A stretch of 58,601 bases of DNA from assembly GCA_944391785.1 (NCBI GenBank), contig CALXUX010000084.1:1-58601 (forward strand), in the 5' to 3' direction. Both the position numbers and the translations under genes were made by a program. Positions 38,571-46,531 of the stretch are shown piece by piece. Positions within the stretch are counted from its first letter, which is position 1, and each line of letters opens with the position of its first letter. The notes under the pieces were generated by a model, which saw only the letters and a list, made by a program, of their open reading frames with translations, searched no databases and was not told the DNA's origin. The DNA is from an uncultured Clostridia bacterium. Its GTDB lineage: Bacteria > Bacillota > Clostridia > TANB77 > CAG-508.

Positions 38571-41111
38571 ATGAAAGTTTTATTTGCTGTAAGCAATGAA
38601 GAAATATCAGAATCAGTAGTAAAAAGATATCAAAGAGAATATAAAGAAATAATATCATACAAAAACGTATATTTCTTTAATGCAATTTTAAAAGAGATAC
38701 AAAAAGATAAATCATATGATAGAATAGTAATAAGTGAAGACTTAGAAGTATTTACACATACACAATATGACCAAATAGATAAATTTTTATTTGAAAAATT
38801 AGACAGCATAAGTGATGAAGCATCAAATGCAAAAGGTGATGATATTCCAATAATATTAATATGTTCAGACAGAAGAACAAAATCAGAACAAATTTTATCA
38901 AAACTATTTGGCATAGGAATCTATAATGCAATAATAGGAAATGACAGAAGTGTTGAAGAAGTATGTAATTTAATTAGAAAACCAAGATCTAAAAAAGAGG
39001 CAAAAATATATTATAAAATAGATACAGAAGAAGTAGGATATGAAAAAGAAGACAAAAATGAAGTAAGTGAAACAGAAATGCAAAATATCCTAGCACACTA
39101 CAAAAGACTTGGAAAAGATGAAGAAAAATATGTTCAAAGTTTTGATAGTATAGCAGCTCAATATAATGATACACAATTAAGAATAATTTGTAGATATTTA
39201 CCGTTAAATGTAAGAGCAGTTTTAGAAGAAAAATCAGAAAAATATCAAAAGCTTATGGCATTTAATAGTAAAGTATCAGAAACATTAAGAAAACCAAAAA
39301 AAGAGCAAAAAGATACAGAAGGGCATACAGAAAAATTGTTAAAACCAAAAATAAGAGAAATAAACATGTCAAAACCAGTAGTAATACCATCAGAAGTAAA
39401 TATGCAAGGAAACAAAAAACTATCAAAAAATAAACAAGGAAAGATAAATATAGAAACACAAGAAAGCACAATTAAAGAAAAAAATCAGGAAAATAAGATA
39501 AATGAAAAAAATGCACAAAATAAACTACAAACAGTAGAACCACAAAAAAATATAGAAATTCCAAAAGAGCAAATTGAAGAAAGTGTAAATGTATTAGATA
39601 CTTCAAGCAATGAAAACCAAGCAAGTGCAAAAATAGAAGAAAGTGTAAAACCTGTAAAAAGAGGAAGAGGAAGACCTAAGAAAAATCCAGAACCAATAGA
39701 AAACAAACCCAAAAGAGGAAGAGGAAGACCAAAAAAGGTAAGTATGCAAAATGAAGAAAATATAAGTCTACCAGGATTTGAAACAATAAAAGAAAATAAA
39801 GATACATCAGAAACTATTCTTCCGGGGGTTGAAGACGATATTTTAGAAAGTGTTACACCAGAAGCAAAAAGAGATACATACCAAAATGAAACAATATTAC
39901 CAGGTTTTGAAAATGAAGAAATATCTCAAGAAGAAAACATTTTACCAGGATTTGAAGAAGACTTCGAAAACTCCTCACAAAATTATAAAAAATATCAAGA
40001 TACACCATCAGATTACGAAGAAAATGAATCAAATATATTACCAGGATTCGAAGAAGACGAAGATGAAGATACAAGTGAAGAGTTAGAACAAGAAAAAAAT
40101 ACATCATCAACAGCAGAAAATGAAAACATAATGCCAGGACTTGAAAATAGTAGAAATATAGTAGAACCAAGTAGCAACCAAAATTATTATACATCTAGAG
40201 CACAAGAGTTATTAAAACCAAAAGTAAATGAAAATATAGATATAGCAAATTTAATAACATCAGACAAAAAAATAGTATGTTTTGTTGGAACAAGCAAGAA
40301 TGGAACATCATTTATAGTAAACAACATCGCACAAATATTATCAGCAAGAGGAATAGATACAGCAATATTAGATGCTACAAAAAATAGGAATTCATATTAT
40401 ATATACACAAAAAATGAAGAAGAATTAAGAAATATAGCATCAACAACATTAGAAAACTTAGTATATGGATCAGCAGAAGGAATAGATGCGGGAAAAAATT
40501 TAAAAGTATATACATCAATGCCAACAAATGATGATCCAATAAACAATTCTAGAGAAATATTGCAAACATTAATACAAAAGCATTCTTGTATACTAATAGA
40601 TTGTGACTTTACAACACCAGTAGATTATTTTAAACAAGCACAAGAAATATATCTAGTACAATCATTAGATGTACTTACAATACAACCATTAACAGCATTT
40701 TTAAGAGAATTAAAAGCACAAAATATACTAGAAGAAAGAAAAATAAAAATAGTATTAAACAAAGCAATAAAAGTAAAAGGAGTTAACGAAAGAGCAATAA
40801 TTGGCGGAATGGCATTTTACAATGACCCTTCAATGTCATTTATGACAGAATTATTTGATAGAAACATTGTAAAATATATATCAATACCATTTTCTGAAGA
40901 AGTATATAGTAGGTATTTATCTTCATTAGTCGAATGTGAGATATCACAAAAAGGATATCCAAAATACATAATGCAAGCGCTAAATGAATTAGCAAATATG
41001 GTATATCCAGTAGTTTCTGGAAAATCAACATATAAACCACCAACAGCAAAAAAAGTACCAACATTTACACAAAGTATGAACTCAACATTAGATCAAATGA
41101 GAAAATATTAA
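38571..41111 (+). CDS. Multidomain protein: N-terminal receiver-like (CpaE/TadZ-style) domain, long acidic/basic linker with two AT-hooks and six LPGFE repeats, C-terminal ParA/MinD-like domain with a degenerate P-loop
   Basis: N-terminus MKVLFAVSNEE...DRIVISEDL...ILICSD. AT-hooks KRGRGRPKK x2. Repeats SLPGFE, ILPGVE, ILPGFE x3, IMPGLE. C-terminus KKIVCFVGTSKNGTSFIVNNIAQILSARGIDTAILD...ILIDCDF. Confidence 0.6.
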   Translation: MKVLFAVSNEEISESVVKRYQREYKEIISYKNVYFFNAILKEIQKDKSYDRIVISEDLEVFTHTQYDQIDKFLFEKLDSISDEASNAKGDDIPIILICSDRRTKSEQILSKLFGIGIYNAIIGNDRSVEEVCNLIRKPRSKKEAKIYYKIDTEEVGYEKEDKNEVSETEMQNILAHYKRLGKDEEKYVQSFDSIAAQYNDTQLRIICRYLPLNVRAVLEEKSEKYQKLMAFNSKVSETLRKPKKEQKDTEGHTEKLLKPKIREINMSKPVVIPSEVNMQGNKKLSKNKQGKINIETQESTIKEKNQENKINEKNAQNKLQTVEPQKNIEIPKEQIEESVNVLDTSSNENQASAKIEESVKPVKRGRGRPKKNPEPIENKPKRGRGRPKKVSMQNEENISLPGFETIKENKDTSETILPGVEDDILESVTPEAKRDTYQNETILPGFENEEISQEENILPGFEEDFENSSQNYKKYQDTPSDYEENESNILPGFEEDEDEDTSEELEQEKNTSSTAENENIMPGLENSRNIVEPSSNQNYYTSRAQELLKPKVNENIDIANLITSDKKIVCFVGTSKNGTSFIVNNIAQILSARGIDTAILDATKNRNSYYIYTKNEEELRNIASTTLENLVYGSAEGIDAGKNLKVYTSMPTNDDPINNSREILQTLIQKHSCILIDCDFTTPVDYFKQAQEIYLVQSLDVLTIQPLTAFLRELKAQNILEERKIKIVLNKAIKVKGVNERAIIGGMAFYNDPSMSFMTELFDRNIVKYISIPFSEEVYSRYLSSLVECEISQKGYPKYIMQALNELANMVYPVVSGKSTYKPPTAKKVPTFTQSMNSTLDQMRKY

Positions 41112-41128
41112 TATAAGGGGGAAGACAG

Positions 41129-42226
41129 TTGTTAGTTGCAATAATTATAATACTAATTATAGTGGTAATAGGATTAATTATATATAATTTAAGAATTCAC
41201 AAAAAAATACAAACATTTAAAAACATTAACCAAAAAATCAACAATTTATCAATTGTGCAAGATTTCATGTCAACTATAGGAGAAACAACATCAGTAGATG
41301 ACAAAATAAAAAAAATAAATGATATACTAATAGAAAAATATGAAATAAAATATTCTACAATAGTAGTGTTTAATGGAGCAGAATACGAAATAAAAGCATC
41401 AAATGTAGACAAAAGACATTGGGATTCATTAAAAACTCTGCAAGATGTTGAATTATTTAAAGACAGTATAGCAACTGCAACTCCTAAATATGTAACAGTT
41501 AATAATGAAAGAGAGAGATTGCCATATCAAAAAATGGAATTTGGAAGAGCAAAATCAGCAATTTTCTTCCCTTTATATATTGACAATGTATACATAGGAT
41601 ATTGGATAATTGAAAGTGGAACACCACACGATTTTGATAATGTAGATACAACAGTACTAGAAGTTATAAAAGACAATATAGTATCAGTCTTAAAATCAGT
41701 AGTACACCAAAAAACATTAGAAACAATTGTAAGAAAAGATTTATTCTCAGGTTTATATTCAGAAGAATACTTATATGGGGAAGCAAGAAAAATAATAGAT
41801 CAATATACAACATCTACAGTATGTATGTTTAGAATAATAAACCTAGAAGAAATCAATCAAAAATATTCAAGAGAATTAGGCAATGAAGTAGTAACAAAAG
41901 TAAGTAACTATGTAAAAGAAAATATTTCATCAGAATATATATTTGTAAGATATATGGGACCAAAATTTGTAATAGTATTTTCAGGAATAGACACAGAAGG
42001 AGTAGCAGATTTCTTAAATGATCTAAAAGAAGGAATAGAAAAAACTGAAATAACATTAACAGATGAAAATGGAACCATTATAGATGAAAAGCAAAAAGTA
42101 AAACCAAAATTAAACTTTGCATTATCAACATATTATAAAGGAACAGGACTAGAAGAAGTGCTAAAAAAACTAGAAGAATATATAGATAATGCAGGAAACA
42201 AAGAAAGTGATATAACAAATATTTAA
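41129..42226 (+). CDS. Membrane-anchored protein with a GAF-like middle region and a degenerate GGDEF-like C-terminal domain
   Basis: TTG start after AAGGGGGA. TM helix at the N-terminus. The C-terminal [11 protein letters not shown]...[21 protein letters not shown]...[14 protein letters not shown] aligns with the D.LTGL...D.D.FK.IND..GH..GD...RYGGDEF pattern, with GGDEF replaced by MGPKF. Confidence 0.5.
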   Translation: MLVAIIIILIIVVIGLIIYNLRIHKKIQTFKNINQKINNLSIVQDFMSTIGETTSVDDKIKKINDILIEKYEIKYSTIVVFNGAEYEIKASNVDKRHWDSLKTLQDVELFKDSIATATPKYVTVNNERERLPYQKMEFGRAKSAIFFPLYIDNVYIGYWIIESGTPHDFDNVDTTVLEVIKDNIVSVLKSVVHQKTLETIVRKDLFSGLYSEEYLYGEARKIIDQYTTSTVCMFRIINLEEINQKYSRELGNEVVTKVSNYVKENISSEYIFVRYMGPKFVIVFSGIDTEGVADFLNDLKEGIEKTEITLTDENGTIIDEKQKVKPKLNFALSTYYKGTGLEEVLKKLEEYIDNAGNKESDITNI

Positions 42227-42246
42227 ATATCAAAGGAGGGAAAACC

Positions 42247-42498
42247 ATGAATTTTGATAAAACAATGAATTTCGAAGTTGAAAGAGCTGAAAATGTAAAA
42301 ACCAAAGAAATTTTAAAAGAAGTATACCAAGCTCTATCTGAAAAAGGTTATAACCCAATAAATCAAATAGTAGGATATATTTTATCTGGAGATCCAACAT
42401 ATATAACAAGTCATAATGACGCAAGAAACAAAATAAGAACAATAGAAAGAGACGAATTACTAGAAAAAATGGTAAAAAATTATATAGGTATAGAATAA
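42247..42498 (+). CDS. ireB: IreB-family regulatory phosphoprotein (UPF0297)
   Basis: ...[42 protein letters not shown]..., 83 aa, followed by ruvX as is usual in Firmicutes. Confidence 0.85.
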   Translation: MNFDKTMNFEVERAENVKTKEILKEVYQALSEKGYNPINQIVGYILSGDPTYITSHNDARNKIRTIERDELLEKMVKNYIGIE

Positions 42499-42950
42499 TG
42501 AGAACACTTGGAATAGATTATGGAGAAGCAAGAGTAGGTTTAGCAATAACAGATCCTTTAAACATAACAGTACAAGGACTAGAAACCATACAAAGACATA
42601 ATTCAGATAGAATAATATTAAAAAAAATAGACGAAATTCTTTTAAAATATGAAATAGACACAATAGTAATTGGAATGCCATACACTTTAAAAGGAGAAAA
42701 ATCACAAAGAACTGAAATAACAGAAAAATTTATGCACAAACTAAAATGCAAATATAATAAACTAAAAATAATTCCAATAGATGAAAGGCTAACAACAGTA
42801 GAAGCACACAAAACAATGAATTTATTAAATGTAGACAAAAAGAAAAAAAGAAATATAGTAGACACAATTGCTGCTGTATATATACTAGAAACATACGTAA
42901 ACTCAAAAAGAAACAATACAAACCAAATAAACCAATTAAACCAAAATTAA
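42498..42950 (+). CDS. ruvX: Putative pre-16S rRNA nuclease / Holliday-junction-resolvase-like YqgF
   Basis: [19 protein letters not shown]..., start overlaps the ireB stop. Confidence 0.88.
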   Translation: MRTLGIDYGEARVGLAITDPLNITVQGLETIQRHNSDRIILKKIDEILLKYEIDTIVIGMPYTLKGEKSQRTEITEKFMHKLKCKYNKLKIIPIDERLTTVEAHKTMNLLNVDKKKKRNIVDTIAAVYILETYVNSKRNNTNQINQLNQN

Positions 42951-43046
42951 AAGTATTAATATTAGAAAAAAGGATAAAATAAATAAAGAAAAATCACAAA
43001 AAAGACATTAAAATTAAAAAAATAAAAAATTTGAAAGGAGAAAATT

Positions 43047-43352
43047 ATGGACGAAAATTTTGAAGGAGAAGATTTAGACAATATAGTAATTTTAAATGAT
43101 GAAGAAGGAAATGAAGTAAAATTTGAATTTCTAGATGTAGTAGAACTAGATGACGAAGAATATGTAGTATTACTACCAGTAACAGATTCAGGCGAAGAAG
43201 AAGAAGGAGAAGTTGTAATACTAAAAATTGAAGATACAGACGATGATTCAGAAGAAGAATCATATGTAAGCGTTGAAGATGAAGACACATTAAATAGAGT
43301 ATTTGAAATATTCAAAGAAAGATTTAAAGACGATTTTGATTTTGTAGATTAG
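43047..43352 (+). CDS. DUF1292-family acidic protein
   Basis: ...ILNDEEGNEVKFEFLDVVELDDEEYVVLLP...VILKIED..., the usual third member of the ireB-ruvX cluster. Confidence 0.8.
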   Translation: MDENFEGEDLDNIVILNDEEGNEVKFEFLDVVELDDEEYVVLLPVTDSGEEEEGEVVILKIEDTDDDSEEESYVSVEDEDTLNRVFEIFKERFKDDFDFVD

Positions 43353-43429
43353 TTTGCCAAAGCTTGTAAACTAATGAGGTAAGGGCAGATTAAAAATCTG
43401 CTCAATTTTTATAGAAAAGGGGAATTCCA

Positions 43430-43909
43430 ATGAAAAAGTTTTCAACATATTTACTAGTAATGTTTATGATCCTATTTTGGATATTAAGAATAGTAATAAC
43501 ACTAATGGCACAACTAGGTCAAGACTTTATGGGAGTAGTTCCAATAGATATGACATTTGAAATAGTACTGTTATTTGCATTTTTACTTTGTGTAATATTA
43601 GTTGTAAAAAGAAAAATATTAGGAGCATTATTATACTTAGGCTTACACGCAATATATTTTGGGGGAGATATTACATCTAAAATACAAATGATGGTAAATG
43701 GAGAGACTCTTGGTATGGATCAAATGGGAGATTTATTATTTTCAATTATAGGGATAATATTACCACTTGCCGTTTTAGTAGATTTATTATTAGATAGAGG
43801 AAGAAAAGAACATCCGGTAGATAAAAAAACTGATTGGTTTTATAAAAATGAGCAATTTGATAGGAAGTTGGATGATAGGGCAGATAAGAATAATTATAGA
43901 ACATTGTGA
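43430..43909 (+). CDS. Hypothetical integral membrane protein (about 4 TM helices)
   Basis: 159-aa ORF with RBS GGGGA and hydrophobic helices throughout. Confidence 0.6.
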   Translation: MKKFSTYLLVMFMILFWILRIVITLMAQLGQDFMGVVPIDMTFEIVLLFAFLLCVILVVKRKILGALLYLGLHAIYFGGDITSKIQMMVNGETLGMDQMGDLLFSIIGIILPLAVLVDLLLDRGRKEHPVDKKTDWFYKNEQFDRKLDDRADKNNYRTL

Positions 43910-44012
43910 ACTTTGGGGACGTTCCTTAGAGTTCATGCTTTATGGGGGATTTTGAATTTTGGAAATGTTTATGATGTTTTTTTAGTTGGAGGAAATATTT
44001 GTGTCCGCCTGA

Positions 44013-44281
44013 GTTATAATTTATGGCTTAAAATGGGTCGCCCTCTAAGGCTTTATTTATATAAAATTTATTCCATTCCTCGGCTCAATACGTGATTTAG
44101 CCCTTCTAAATATAAAACAAACGAGCCTCTCGCTACATTCTTCGCGCTTCCTCATTTGTTTTATATTAAGAAGGGCTACAATCACTCCACTCGCATTCGT
44201 CATTGCATAAATTTTATATAAATAAAGCCTTAGAGGGCTTCTCTACATTTAAAAATTACGGCTATGAATAGTAATCCGCAC
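44013..44281. repeat. Palindrome element copy B: conserved left motif, 197-bp nested near-perfect palindrome (44041-44237), conserved right motif GCTTCTCTACA
   Basis: Outer arms 44041-44071 and 44207-44237 are perfectly complementary (31 bp). Inner arms 44098-44125 and 44151-44178 match at 26 of 28 positions. The internal loops and apex are C/T-rich on the + strand. Confidence 0.85.
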
Positions 44282-44444
44282 AAATAATTTACTATTTACT
44301 ATTTACTATTTGGGCTACTTTGTGCAAAATAAATATTCTTATTAAATTTTAGAATTTAATATTTTTTGGTTAAAGAAATTCCAATAATTAAGGTAAATGA
44401 TTTTTTTGTAGCCTAAAATTTGAAAAAAGGAAGTGATAATAATA

Positions 44445-45356
44445 ATGAATGAAGAACAAAATTTATCAAGATTAAATATAAATTGGTATCCAGGTCATAT
44501 GGCAAAAGCTAAAAGAGAAATATTGAATGACTTGAAATTAATAGATGTAGTAATAGAATTATTAGATGCAAGAATACCTTTATCTTCTCAAAATCCTGAT
44601 TTTAGGGAATTAATAAAAAATAAAAAACAAATAATAGTATTAAATAAATGTGATTTAGCAGATGAGAAAGAAAATTTGAAATGGGTAGATTATTTTAAAA
44701 AGAAAAACAAACTTGCTATTTTAACAGATGCAAATTCGGGAAAGGGAATAGAAAATTTAATAAAAGCTATAGAAGAACAAGCAGAGGAACAACAAATGAA
44801 TAGTGCTAAAAAAGGTAGAACGGGAAGAAAGATAAAAGCAATGATCTTAGGAATACCGAATGTAGGTAAGTCTTCTTTAATAAATAGAATTGCTAAAAAA
44901 GTTACAGTAAATGTAGGAAATAAACCTGGTGTAACAAGAAAAAATCAATGGATAAGAATAAATGAGAAAATAGAATTATTAGATACTCCGGGAGTTTTAT
45001 GGCCTAAATTTATAAATGAAGAAACGGCTTTAAATTTAGCATATACAGGAACTATAAAAGAAGAAATATTAGATAAACTTGAAATAGCATATAATTTAAC
45101 AAAATTTATGCTAACAAATTATATAGATATATTATGTAAAAGATATAAATTAGATAAAGAAGAAATTGTAAATATTATGCAAAACAAAGAAAATCCTGAA
45201 AATGAAAATATATACCAAATAATGTTAAAAATAGGGAAAAATAGAGGATGTATAATTTCAGGGGGTAACATTGATGAGGAAAAAACAGCCAGAATTATTT
45301 TGGATGAATTTAAAAATGGAGTTATAGGAAAAATAACTATTGAAAAAGTAAAATAA
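44445..45356 (+). CDS. rbgA: Ribosome biogenesis GTPase A (YlqF)
   Basis: NINWYPGHMAKAKREI, circularly permuted GTPase motifs (NKCDL ... GIPNVGKSSLINR ... DTPG). Confidence 0.9.
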   Translation: MNEEQNLSRLNINWYPGHMAKAKREILNDLKLIDVVIELLDARIPLSSQNPDFRELIKNKKQIIVLNKCDLADEKENLKWVDYFKKKNKLAILTDANSGKGIENLIKAIEEQAEEQQMNSAKKGRTGRKIKAMILGIPNVGKSSLINRIAKKVTVNVGNKPGVTRKNQWIRINEKIELLDTPGVLWPKFINEETALNLAYTGTIKEEILDKLEIAYNLTKFMLTNYIDILCKRYKLDKEEIVNIMQNKENPENENIYQIMLKIGKNRGCIISGGNIDEEKTARIILDEFKNGVIGKITIEKVK

Positions 45357-45376
45357 AAATTAAAGAAGGTAGAAAA

Positions 45377-45772
45377 ATGATAAAAAATGCAAAAACAGAA
45401 CAAGAAATAAAACTTATGAATCCATTAATTTGGGCATATATTGGAGATTGTATATATGAATTACATATTAGAGAAAAATTAGTTCAAGAGACAAATTTAA
45501 AACCACACGAATTGCACTTAAGAGCAATAAAAAAAGTTAAAGCCCAAGCACAAGCAAAAACTTTAGAAAAAATATATGAATATTTGACTGAAGAAGAAAA
45601 AGATATAGTAAGAAGAGGAAGAAATGCACAAAACCATCATTTACCAAAAAATGCAAGTGTAGAGGAATATATGTATTCGACTGCATTTGAATCTTTAATT
45701 GGATATTTATATTTAATAAAAAATGAAAAAAGACTAGAAGAAATACTAGACTTATGTGATACATTAGCTTAA
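45377..45772 (+). CDS. mrnC: Mini-ribonuclease 3
   Basis: ...NPLIWAYIGDCIYELHIREKL...RGRNA...STAFESLIGYLYL, 131 aa. Confidence 0.85.
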   Translation: MIKNAKTEQEIKLMNPLIWAYIGDCIYELHIREKLVQETNLKPHELHLRAIKKVKAQAQAKTLEKIYEYLTEEEKDIVRRGRNAQNHHLPKNASVEEYMYSTAFESLIGYLYLIKNEKRLEEILDLCDTLA

Positions 45773-45826
45773 AGGCAATCTTCCAAGTCTTTTTTAATTT
45801 AATATGTTTGAATTGAAAATAAAATA

Positions 45827-46255
45827 TTATAAATATTTTTTAAGCTTTTCTACTGTATGTTCTTGAAAAGCAACAAAATCAGTTAAAATATTTTTAATAT
45901 TATTTTCTACATCTGGATTATGATTTAAAAGTTTTACACCTTCAATAATTCCCATATTAGTACCTTGAAGCATCAATTCTGCAATTTTAGAATTGCTTTT
46001 GTCAGCTAAAGTATTAAGTTCAACTCCCATCCAACCCATAGCTTTTTGAATAGGATTTAATTGTTCAGGCACATCTGAAAATTTTGTAATTTCATCATTA
46101 ACACGATTTAATAAATCATCATATTCATTATATTGTGTAAGCAGAACTTCTTTAAATTCTTCATCTTTTAACATTTCGGTAATATTAGTTATAGAGTCCA
46201 TTCCCATCTGTAAACCTTTACCAACTTGATTTAAAACATATTTTGAATTTTCCAT
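45827..46255 (-). CDS. Hypothetical helical protein (possibly a four-helix bundle)
   Basis: 142-aa ORF with RBS AAAGGAGG upstream on the minus strand. No motif recognised with confidence. Confidence 0.55.
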   Translation of the reverse strand: MENSKYVLNQVGKGLQMGMDSITNITEMLKDEEFKEVLLTQYNEYDDLLNRVNDEITKFSDVPEQLNPIQKAMGWMGVELNTLADKSNSKIAELMLQGTNMGIIEGVKLLNHNPDVENNIKNILTDFVAFQEHTVEKLKKYL

Positions 46256-46433
46256 AAATGCCTCCTTTTTAAATTAAACAAAATCTTTTACAATTTAAGT
46301 AATAAGATTATTAATAAATATTATTTGCAAAAAAATTTGAATTATTAAAAATTTTAAAAAATAAAGTATAGGTTTACAATAGATATGTTACACTAAGATA
46401 AGAAATATTAAAAATTTTAAAAAATAAAATATC

Positions 46434-46462
46434 TTGACAAATAAATTTATTTAATAGATAAT
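46434..46462 (+). promoter_or_regulatory. Sigma-A-type promoter for the glucan phosphorylase gene
   Basis: TTGACA (46434-46439), 17-nt spacer, GATAAT (46457-46462). Confidence 0.6.
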
Positions 46463-46531
46463 ATACTTGTAATTTTTAAGAACGAAAAACAATAGGATAA
46501 ATTAAAAAAATACTAAGGAGGAATTATAAAA

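Noticed and set aside
43913-44095. 60-aa track ORF (MGTFLRVHALWG...) and a 53-codon minus-strand ORF (about 44045-44203) inside palindrome element B
   Set aside because: Neither has an RBS. Both run through palindromic arms, so their sequence is dictated by the repeat structure. No counterpart ORF exists in element C, which has the same architecture.
44041-44237. The long hairpins (also 50709-50922) as 6S RNA, SRP RNA or tmRNA
   Set aside because: The stems are near-perfect AT-rich palindromes, with up to 42 bp lacking any mismatch. The conserved SRP domain IV and tmRNA tag-region motifs are absent. Two copies with unrelated sequence but shared flanks do not fit single-copy housekeeping RNAs.
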